Below the pieces are notes generated by a model, which did no database searches, was not told where the DNA came from, and saw nothing but the letters and a program-made list of their open reading frames with translations. From the IMG/VR virus record IMGVR_UViG_3300014205_000172, positions 160,001-224,000 of that record: a stretch of 64,000 nucleotides of DNA. One strand, 5' to 3'. This stretch comes from a virus. Taxonomy: Duplodnaviria; Caudoviricetes. This document shows, one piece after another, positions 56,631-64,000 of this stretch (the first letter of the stretch is position 1; the number at the start of each line of letters is the position of its first letter). A program made the translations under genes and the position numbers.

Positions 56631-57410
56631 ATGAAATACTTACATGAAGATGATGCCAAACATCTGGAGATTATGGAAGGGTTTGCTAAAGGCCCTCTCA
56701 CAACTGCTGAGCTACTGATCAAGCGCGTTATCGCATTCTTCCATGGGTACGAATATACTTCTGATAGCAGTATCCATGCAGCTTGCTTACAAGAAGAACT
56801 GCAACTGCGCCAGGAGATTGCTGACAGTGACCAGATTAATGCTGAAGTAAAAGCACTGGCACTGAAAGCACTGAAGGACCATTTGGAATTTCCGGACGGG
56901 CCGCTCGATCAACTGAAGTCACGTTATCCTCGCGTTCAGCACGAAGGGTTAGTGAAATCAGGTTTTGCCACACTGCTTCACAAACATGGCTCTGCGTACA
57001 TGGAACAGGTAATTGAATATTTGCGTGATCTGGATGCTCTGATTAAAGAACTTCCGACCAACCAATATCCAGGCTACTTTGTCCATACGCCATCTACGCC
57101 GCACTGGAAACAGATGCGTGAATACGCATTGTCCGAAAACCCTCCCGCACATCCCGCTTCATTCTACGGCTGCATCCTCTCAGATAAGCTACAGACTAAA
57201 GTAACATCATTCTTTGAGCGTAGCATCATTAGCGCTGAAGCGTGGCGCACAACGGTCTGTGAGAACGACCTGACTAGCTCAGCATCGGTAGGGGTAAGCT
57301 TCAAGATGGAATATGTGGCTGATGTACTCGCCCCTTCTAAGAACGAACCTGGATCTGCGACTTGGATCAATGTCAGCATGGAAGGTAAATACTACAGTTT
57401 CTATGTTTGA
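56631..57410 (+). CDS. Hypothetical protein
   Basis: GGAG RBS; flanked by terminators. Confidence 0.75.
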   Translation: MKYLHEDDAKHLEIMEGFAKGPLTTAELLIKRVIAFFHGYEYTSDSSIHAACLQEELQLRQEIADSDQINAEVKALALKALKDHLEFPDGPLDQLKSRYPRVQHEGLVKSGFATLLHKHGSAYMEQVIEYLRDLDALIKELPTNQYPGYFVHTPSTPHWKQMREYALSENPPAHPASFYGCILSDKLQTKVTSFFERSIISAEAWRTTVCENDLTSSASVGVSFKMEYVADVLAPSKNEPGSATWINVSMEGKYYSFYV

Positions 57411-57477
57411 TCACACCCACGGTTCGCCGTGGGTGATCCACCACATTCTTTTTTTTGTAGTGGCTAATTAATACTAC

Positions 57478-57755
57478 TATGTATTACGAGTTCTTTTACA
57501 ACCTAAAACTTCAAGCTGACCTTCACAGTAAGTCGTTTGCGCGACAGCTCCCTGATGAGAAGCGCCTTTTACAGACTTCAGTCTGACTTAGGCTTTGTTC
57601 CTCGAACTTAGCCGGCTTTCCAAACGATGCAATATACGAAGTAAAGCACTCAAAGGACTCTTTGTACTTACACATGCTTTCAACTGGTGCGCGCGTTTGG
57701 TCTGACCTAACACCCTTATAGGCGACTGGCTGGCTTCGGCCAGCCTTTATGCTGC
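57478..57755 (+). ncRNA. Putative structured RNA (or 35-aa microORF plus UTR)
   Basis: Starts at TATG; multiple hairpins; ccaaacg/cgtttgg long-range stem; UUCG terminal hairpin. Confidence 0.35.
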
Positions 57756-57809
57756 ATTTTGTAATAGGTTGATTTGTAAGAAATTACTTCTTGTATCTAT
57801 AATCTGAAT

Positions 57810-58033
57810 AGAAATTTCTCTCCAGGGCATTTGTAGAGAATCTTCGGTTACCTAATCCTGTAACACCGAAGCGGGTATAGGTGAGATAAGCGTTCGGGCG
57901 TACGCTGGTTTCTAAAGGATAGTTTGACGCTTAGCGTTTAACCGTCAGTCACTTATGGGCGTAAGTGACTGGTGGATGTACGTTGGGGGTGGTGTAGAAA
58001 ACAAGCACCCTTCACGGGGTGCTTTTTATGCCG
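57810..58033 (+). ncRNA. Putative structured RNA with pseudoknot
   Basis: cttcggt/accgaag stem, loop complementary to gggtataggtg; cagtcactta/taagtgactg stem; G-rich tail; terminator. Confidence 0.5.
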
Positions 58034-58094
58034 TAATGAGATGGTATGTAGTCATAGTGACTATATCCTAAGTACTCAAGAAGGTATATGAATC

Positions 58095-58619
58095 ATGGCA
58101 AAGGTAAACCTCGCACTCACCGCCTCCGCTAACGTCCTGGCCCTGATCAATGCTGCCAACCCAGCGCTGAACGCAACCGATACCCAGGTCACTCTGGGCA
58201 CTCCTTCGGTTGAAGCCGGTACTGGCGGTCGCAACACCAGCCTCATCGTTACCGCTATCGACAACCAGGGCTTCAGCGGCACCCAAACCTTCGCCTACAC
58301 CCGTCAGGCATTGGCTTCCGGCGCTGCGGTCGCGACTGCAAAAGCAGTACCGTTCGCGATCGCTCCAGGCGACACCAACGCTCAGATTCTGACCAAGGCC
58401 GCAACTGCCCTGGGTCTGTTGGAATCGGAACTGACCATCGCCAACGTTGTTCAGCCTACCAACGAAACCACTCCAGGTTCGGCCGACATCGTGGCCAACG
58501 TCGCCAGCCTGCTTTACACCGGCACTTACGCCGCCACCCTGACCGTGCCGGACGCAGACGTCCCTTTGTCTAGCGTCGCAACCGTCACTGACCTGAGCGG
58601 TTTCGACGCAGAAGCCTAA
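58095..58619 (+). CDS. Virion structural protein (tail-associated repeat domain)
   Basis: Ala/Thr-rich; NTSL..TA..GFSG...YTR..L; SLLYTG; DLSGFD tail. Confidence 0.7.
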   Translation: MAKVNLALTASANVLALINAANPALNATDTQVTLGTPSVEAGTGGRNTSLIVTAIDNQGFSGTQTFAYTRQALASGAAVATAKAVPFAIAPGDTNAQILTKAATALGLLESELTIANVVQPTNETTPGSADIVANVASLLYTGTYAATLTVPDADVPLSSVATVTDLSGFDAEA

Positions 58620-58627
58620 GGGTTAAA

Positions 58628-58660
58628 CATATAGCCGGGAGCGCTCCCGGCTATATGCCG
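58628..58660. terminator. Stem-loop (CATA...TATG family)
   Basis: catatagccgggag-cg-ctcccggctatatg; outer arms match 18570. Confidence 0.7.
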
Positions 58661-58731
58661 CATCATGAAAGTGATAGTTTACATTTGACACTTATTAGAT
58701 AATACCACCCCAACCGCCCTGGAGTATTATC

Positions 58732-59352
58732 ATGTCTCAAGTTACCCTCGATACCGCGCCTTACAAACCAAGCAATCTGATTGTTAAGATCACTCACGTT
58801 CCGGAAGTGTTAACCGATCACCCACATCTAGTGCACTTGTTTAAACAGATCGTCGAGAAACTGGCTGTAGAGGTGGGCGATACCTGGATGCCAACATCAC
58901 TCCAAACCTATTCGATGCCTGAAGCATCATCATCGGGTGTGGACCTTTCACTCTATAGTCTGCCAGAACCTGAAACAAAAACGATCAACGTCTGCGTGGC
59001 TGAAATCAAAGATAAACGTATTTCGCGTACGTTGAAAGAAATCTGTAAAATATGTTTTAAGGAAAAGCCGGTTCCGCCTTCGGATACTGTCCAGGAAAAC
59101 GTCGGGTTTGATCTTTTGATGTACGAATTGGATGAAGCCGGTCTAGATGTCATAGACGCTTGGAAGCTGACAAACTTCACAGTTCCTTATGGGATAAATA
59201 TCCCTTTGTCAGCCTCAAATGGATTTGGTATTCCTGAACCGGAGACAGGTAGGCTTTGTAGCATCCCGCTTGAAGGTGTGTTCTTTTCGAGTGATGTCGT
59301 GATTGAAGAAGCCGGCTCCCTTCATCGGTTCAATTCAGAAAGCAAGGTGTAG
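58732..59352 (+). CDS. Hypothetical protein
   Basis: GGAG RBS; C-rich leader. Confidence 0.7.
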   Translation: MSQVTLDTAPYKPSNLIVKITHVPEVLTDHPHLVHLFKQIVEKLAVEVGDTWMPTSLQTYSMPEASSSGVDLSLYSLPEPETKTINVCVAEIKDKRISRTLKEICKICFKEKPVPPSDTVQENVGFDLLMYELDEAGLDVIDAWKLTNFTVPYGINIPLSASNGFGIPEPETGRLCSIPLEGVFFSSDVVIEEAGSLHRFNSESKV

Positions 59353-59358
59353 CCAGTC

Positions 59359-59868
59359 ATGGAAAGCAAATACTTTTTGACACTCATTGGCGTTCACTCA
59401 CCAGATGATGAGTTCCCTTTCCTGCGTCCTGATTTCAAATGGACAAAAGCACTGAGTGGTCTGTTAGAGTCAAGTTCGGCAATCGACATCGTCGGTAAAG
59501 GGGTCCCTACAGAAGAACCTAATGATGGCCCCGATATCGTCAATAGCCTGAAACTGACCTTTGACGAAGACGTTCAAAAGAATGCAAACCTGTTTAAACT
59601 ACTCATGCAGGTTGAGCGAGGGTTTAACATGTCTATTCTTTTGACGCCCTTGACCGGGGTCACCACGGGCGATCCTGCATTGTTTTTAAAAGATGCCGTC
59701 ATGGGCGAATATGTAACTGCAGACGTCGGTAAGCCCGAACAGGGTATTCTCGATATCTCGTTTGAAAGAGCGGATACCTCGTATACTGTTCAGCAGTTCG
59801 CTACTCATGTGGCGATCGCTAAGAACCGATCGCCTGCTGTAGCTGTCATCCACGGCCAGCCAGAGTAA
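59359..59868 (+). CDS. Hypothetical protein
   Basis: AAGGT RBS. Confidence 0.7.
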   Translation: MESKYFLTLIGVHSPDDEFPFLRPDFKWTKALSGLLESSSAIDIVGKGVPTEEPNDGPDIVNSLKLTFDEDVQKNANLFKLLMQVERGFNMSILLTPLTGVTTGDPALFLKDAVMGEYVTADVGKPEQGILDISFERADTSYTVQQFATHVAIAKNRSPAVAVIHGQPE

Positions 59869-59873
59869 TAACG

Positions 59874-59908
59874 GCATAGACCCCGGTCCTTGCGACCGGG
59901 GTCTATGC
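59874..59908. terminator. Stem-loop between convergent genes
   Basis: gcatagaccccggtc-cttgc-gaccggggtctatgc. Confidence 0.75.
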
Positions 59909-59912
59909 TACA

Positions 59913-60467
59913 TCATGAAGGATCGAAGCCATCAAGATTGGTTTCTGAGGCCAGATCTGCAAGGGATGGCGCCGATCCAGAGGCGTTAAGAACCACCTGC
60001 GAGCCTGGATTATAATACGCCGATGTAGACACAGCTGTCAGAGTGATCTGACCTCCGGCTGTACCAATCGTTGTATTGACCACATCCTTTTGTTCCAATG
60101 CGATACCAAACTTGGTATTGATCGCCGATAGCGCTGCGTATACGTTTGCATACGTGCCTGTCAATGTCAGCTCTTTCCCTGTAAAAGCAGAAGCGAGATC
60201 GGTTCGGTTAAAGCGAAAGGTATACGTCCCCTTGTACCCTTTCCCATCAATAGCTGTCAATAAAACACTGCTATTAAATAACGTATCGCCTACGTTTACA
60301 GTTGGATCGGCGATCGTGATTTGCGCCGTAGTGATAGAAGTACCCTGCTCGCGATTAATAGCCGCAAGTATCCCAGTAGAACCAGCTACCGCGAAAGGTG
60401 GCAAGTTTGCAATGGAGTACAATACGAACGCATCAAGCGAACGTAGAACGAATTGTGGGTTAGCCAT
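59913..60467 (-). CDS. Virion/tail-associated protein, paralog of 58095
   Basis: NSSV.LTAIDGKGYKG...FNRTDL; NLDGFD tail. Confidence 0.7.
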   Translation of the reverse strand: MANPQFVLRSLDAFVLYSIANLPPFAVAGSTGILAAINREQGTSITTAQITIADPTVNVGDTLFNSSVLLTAIDGKGYKGTYTFRFNRTDLASAFTGKELTLTGTYANVYAALSAINTKFGIALEQKDVVNTTIGTAGGQITLTAVSTSAYYNPGSQVVLNASGSAPSLADLASETNLDGFDPS

Positions 60468-60470
60468 GCG

Positions 60471-61568
60471 TTACACCTTCGGCTTAACTTTGATGGTGAG
60501 TCCGGCAACACCAGGCTGAGTCCATGCCAGACCTGCCGGCGTCTTCGTCAGCGAGAGCATACGGTCGTACCATGTCTGAGCTGCCACCATTGCGGTGTCA
60601 GCGTCTGCAGACTCTGTACCGTTCACGGTGGCGCTGATGCCAAGATGTCCAGAGGTGGCCGCTGTAACGGCTGATCGCCCTTTAACCAACACGCCAAGGA
60701 TCTTCGTATTCAGCGGAATCGTGCTGGCATCATAGGTAATCGACCCAGGAGTCATTGCCGCATCAGTTGTAGCAGTGGGGGCAGAAACCGGTGTGTTAGG
60801 GTTAGCGTATCCTTTCTTGAATACGGAGGATACATCGCCCGTGCTCGGTGTCCAAGTGGCAGCCACAACTGCCGCAACAGGAACCTTTGCTACGACCTGG
60901 TCTCCTAGAAATTGAGCAACCTCCCCAGCCTCCCACTCAATGCAGTGAAAATCACGCCACGAATAAGTGTGCGTCTGACTCTGTGTGATCGAATAGCTAC
61001 CATTCGCCGCACCGAATACAAGGAATGTCCCCAAAGCTCCAGGCGTTGCGCCCACAGCAGTTGCCATCCAAGTCGGCATTGCAATGGGCGAAAGTGCAAC
61101 ACCGTCGATCCGTCGGTTGATCAGCCCGGTGGTGTAGTTCAAGTTAACTTCCAGAAAATATGACTTATTTGTCACAAAGTTAGGTAAGTTAGCTTTAGTG
61201 ATTATGGCTACTAGGTTCCCCAGCTCATAGTCGGACGTTAGCGCTAAAACGTTGACTCCCGCAAAACCTGTACCGAACTTCATCCGAATACCCATGTAGA
61301 TATTCGAACTTGCTGATAACGTCTGCACCATGTCTTTAATATTGACGTTTAACTTAAATCGATAATTCCCGTAGTTATACGTCCCTGCAGCAATGCTCAT
61401 CAACATCCAACCATCGGTCTGTAAAGACCAAGTGGTCGTTGTTTCAAAGTTGGATGAATAAAGCTGAAAAGGACCGTTGGGTATCCGCGTATTAAGCCCA
61501 GCAGTTTGACTGGCTCCGCTGGCGCTCCCAATAGGAAGTTCAAGCCCGTACAAAGCATGAATTTTCAT
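60471..61568 (-). CDS. Tail fibre-like protein (phiKZ gp131-like family)
   Basis: YFLEV, RRIDG, RDFH, FLG, P.G.AWT motifs; beta-rich. Confidence 0.65.
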   Translation of the reverse strand: MKIHALYGLELPIGSASGASQTAGLNTRIPNGPFQLYSSNFETTTTWSLQTDGWMLMSIAAGTYNYGNYRFKLNVNIKDMVQTLSASSNIYMGIRMKFGTGFAGVNVLALTSDYELGNLVAIITKANLPNFVTNKSYFLEVNLNYTTGLINRRIDGVALSPIAMPTWMATAVGATPGALGTFLVFGAANGSYSITQSQTHTYSWRDFHCIEWEAGEVAQFLGDQVVAKVPVAAVVAATWTPSTGDVSSVFKKGYANPNTPVSAPTATTDAAMTPGSITYDASTIPLNTKILGVLVKGRSAVTAATSGHLGISATVNGTESADADTAMVAAQTWYDRMLSLTKTPAGLAWTQPGVAGLTIKVKPKV

Positions 61569-61580
61569 GAAGTGGGTCCC

Positions 61581-62213
61581 TTACGTCCAGAGGATCGTGT
61601 CAGATTTGAAGGCCGAGGCCAATGTTGGAGTGAAGCCAACCTGGGCAGTCCTGTTTGGGATAAAGAACCGACTCGTGGAAGCGGCAGTGATAGTTACTTC
61701 GACAGCCCCAGCTGGGATCGGCGCGTCGACAATATCGTCAGTTGTAAGGACCATGCCACTTGCAGCGTTGATTCCAGCAATCAGTCCGTGAGTCGACGTA
61801 GCTGAGCCGATGACTACAGTCGTCAAATCCGCTGGGATGCGGGTCAGTGCTACACGACTGTAATAGAAATACATCGACCCAGACAATGCAGAACCCACAC
61901 CAGCCGTAACTAGCACGCGGCTATTGTGCAAATAGGTCTCAGACCCAGTATAGTTTTCCGGCGCTGAAAACGTAAATTGACTAGCTGGCCGGATGCTTTT
62001 GCTTTGCGCCAGCACCAGGTTCGCCAATGCCGTAATGCCAGTCACGCCTTTTGGAAGCGGGATATCCGATACCAACGCGTAACCCTGAAGGTTTCTCAGA
62101 GCCAAACCATTTGGCTCTGGATAAAGCGCATATGCCGTAATGCCGCTCACCGCCGCCAAGTTGGGCTCCTTATAGAGCCCATATGCCGTAATGCCAGAAA
62201 TGGAAGCAGACAT
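61581..62213 (-). CDS. Virion/tail-associated protein
   Basis: SGITAY repeats; YYSR..L, IN..SG..LT.DDI domain. Confidence 0.65.
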   Translation of the reverse strand: MSASISGITAYGLYKEPNLAAVSGITAYALYPEPNGLALRNLQGYALVSDIPLPKGVTGITALANLVLAQSKSIRPASQFTFSAPENYTGSETYLHNSRVLVTAGVGSALSGSMYFYYSRVALTRIPADLTTVVIGSATSTHGLIAGINAASGMVLTTDDIVDAPIPAGAVEVTITAASTSRFFIPNRTAQVGFTPTLASAFKSDTILWT

Positions 62214-62224
62214 GCATTACCTCC

Positions 62225-63214
62225 TTAAATATCCGGTGTCAGTATGACGTCGGTCACATCAATTACAGCGTTCGTCCAAGGGTGCCCGCCTGGGGCGGTT
62301 GGAAATAAGCCGACTTGACCATTGTAATTGATAACGTTGTTGGCAGGTCCTGACACGACCGCCTCGGCCGATTCATCGGTGCCGTTCTTAAGTTTCATAC
62401 CGCAGTTTACAACGTTCGCGATAGTGGACGAAAGCGCTACAGTTAATTCAATTGCCGACGCTGTAACACCAGTGGGTAGGTCGGGACGTAACGATGCAAC
62501 CAATGGAGTTTTGTTGACGTCTGAAATATCTTTAGTGCTGTCTAATAGATCGAGGCCATAAATTAAATCCACCCCAGTCGTTGGCGACGTTGTCCAACCG
62601 GAAGCTGTCGCCGAATCAAATTGGATACGCTTGGCGATTTGAGCACCAAGGAATCCGGAAATACCGCCTTGGTCATCATTGATGTAAATATCCCGAAACG
62701 CTGAGTTGCTCGTGTTGCTCCCAGTTGTCATCTCAAGATATAGTATCCAGCGTCGGTCATTCGCCGATATCGCCACTGACGCCAAGGCTATTCCATTGTA
62801 GCGGCGGTCGACAATACCGGTGGCGATATCAATCGAGAATTCAAAATACCCAGTAGTCCCGGCTGGGATTGTGGTAAGACCGGTGACCGTACGCACCTCG
62901 GTGCTGGAAAGAATAGATGAGGTGACAGATGAGGTGAGAGATCCAATGACCAAACCAACTAGCGGCTTAGTTGTATTAGAAGCGACGTCAAACCGCACCC
63001 GGACGCCACACCAAATTTTCGCGACCGGCTCGGCCAAAAAGGGCACTAACGAGTACCCGATGCGCGATGTAGAAGTCCAAGATGTAGAACCAGCCCAACC
63101 GTCACTACTAATTTGCTGACCGCCATAAGCCAGCATTCCATGGTCTGCCAGCGGTGTCCAAGTACCGGATAACTTCGGATAATGATCAAAGCCAATTACT
63201 GCTTTTACAGTCAT
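62225..63214 (-). CDS. Tail fibre-like protein (gp131-like paralog)
   Basis: MTVKAVIGFDH; YFEF, RRYNG, RDIYINDD, FLG, PGG.PWT. Confidence 0.7.
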   Translation of the reverse strand: MTVKAVIGFDHYPKLSGTWTPLADHGMLAYGGQQISSDGWAGSTSWTSTSRIGYSLVPFLAEPVAKIWCGVRVRFDVASNTTKPLVGLVIGSLTSSVTSSILSSTEVRTVTGLTTIPAGTTGYFEFSIDIATGIVDRRYNGIALASVAISANDRRWILYLEMTTGSNTSNSAFRDIYINDDQGGISGFLGAQIAKRIQFDSATASGWTTSPTTGVDLIYGLDLLDSTKDISDVNKTPLVASLRPDLPTGVTASAIELTVALSSTIANVVNCGMKLKNGTDESAEAVVSGPANNVINYNGQVGLFPTAPGGHPWTNAVIDVTDVILTPDI

Positions 63215-63231
63215 GATACAAACCCCATTAT

Positions 63232-64000
63232 TTAGATGACGGTATCTGGCGTTATTTTAAACGACAGCGTCGCGAGTTTAGGTACGTTCCAGCTGCTACC
63301 ATCAAGAGCTCTTGAATAAACCCCTAGCGATAACCCGTATTTTAAACCGCCGGCTGGTGCGGATACTTGCATTGCCGGTAAGTTAACGCCGCTACCGCTT
63401 ATCTCTACTTTTGTAGGACTTGGTGAAATTGTGGCACTTGCTCCCGCCATGCTAAAAGCCATACCTAAAATACGTGCTCCAACGACAGCAGTTGGACTTA
63501 GTGTAATAGCCAGTGGGGTTTTATCGGTCGGTGAGTTGACCGTGATGGTGCTAGGTGGTGTCAAGTTCATGACATCCACTAATGACGCAGATCCAGAACT
63601 AGGTACCCAACCGACACCTGTAGCGCTGGATACTGTAGTTGGATAAATACGGGCCTGTCCAATAGAACCAGTGATGCCATCGCCCGCAATGTCATCAATT
63701 ACGTGCACATCTCGGATAGCAAAACGTGTAGTACCGCTGGACCCAATCCCACTGAGCACAAAGTTCAATACCAGCTTACCCGCATCCCAGGCTGTAGCGC
63801 CAGCTGTCGACAAGGTAAACGTGCGAGTAGCAGCCTGAGCAACACCATTGACTATATAACTGGTAAGGCCTGTCGCACGGGTATATGTGACTTCAACAAA
63901 CAGTTCAGTACCTACTGCCTGAGTTGCCAGCCAAGGGGCGGCTGTAGTGAACAGATAATCGGCACCAGCATTCGGCGACCCTTCTTGCGCAAGACTCAGT
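63232..64000 (-). CDS. Tail fibre-like protein (gp131-like paralog; start lies beyond window)
   Basis: Frame open to window edge; RDVHVIDD, DKTPL...L, DG.SW. Confidence 0.7.
   Translation of the reverse strand, partial: LSLAQEGSPNAGADYLFTTAAPWLATQAVGTELFVEVTYTRATGLTSYIVNGVAQAATRTFTLSTAGATAWDAGKLVLNFVLSGIGSSGTTRFAIRDVHVIDDIAGDGITGSIGQARIYPTTVSSATGVGWVPSSGSASLVDVMNLTPPSTITVNSPTDKTPLAITLSPTAVVGARILGMAFSMAGASATISPSPTKVEISGSGVNLPAMQVSAPAGGLKYGLSLGVYSRALDGSSWNVPKLATLSFKITPDTVI

Noticed and set aside
57520-57545. GCAAACGAC on the - strand (tmRNA tag-like AND start)
   Set aside because: Reads ANDLL-stop; no tRNA-like domain.
57552-57590. CTGATGA hammerhead-like core
   Set aside because: No GAAA after the putative stem II and no consistent stems I and III.
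57774-57803. Sigma70-like TTGTAA-N18-TATAAT
   Set aside because: Single instance in AT-rich DNA, and phiKZ-like phages mainly use their own RNAPs; insufficient support.
1-64000. tRNA genes, CRISPR arrays, IS elements or integrases
   Set aside because: No cloverleaf with a GTTCRA T-loop, no regularly spaced repeats and no transposase or recombinase motifs seen by eye; tRNAscan and CRISPR finders were not run.

Overview
A dense phage genome segment (roughly 48% GC by eye) that looks like a nucleus-forming phiKZ-like (Chimalliviridae-type) jumbo phage, probably infecting Pseudomonas or a related gammaproteobacterium. The assignment rests on head-protein paralogs with A/S-x-E maturation sites, a SNF2-type helicase, phiKZ gp131-like tail-fibre paralogs, S80/gp175-like protease homologs and a repeated early-promoter motif. 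About 1-49 kb is a + strand run of small accessory genes. Recognisable products there are a PTP-like phosphatase, three AAA+ ATPases, a TAXI solute-binding protein, Nudix, DHH, QueC-like, HD and ATP-grasp enzymes, dCTP deaminase, a spanin pair and an Ntn/HslV-like peptidase. About 49-54 kb and 60-64 kb are - strand virion-related genes. Best leads: (i) six tandem hypervariable microproteins with fixed DxxRKK and DYTR ends next to an AAA+ ATPase; (ii) small proteins carrying isolated signature motifs of essential enzymes (RNAP-like NFDGD, DnaB-like GGLRRGE), possibly decoys; (iii) several structured intergenic RNAs, including a covarying pair at 30.3 and 30.9 kb and two with G-rich tails complementary to C-rich early leaders; (iv) head-packaged, protease-cleavable enzyme cargo. 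All family calls come from motif recognition by eye; no database searches were run.
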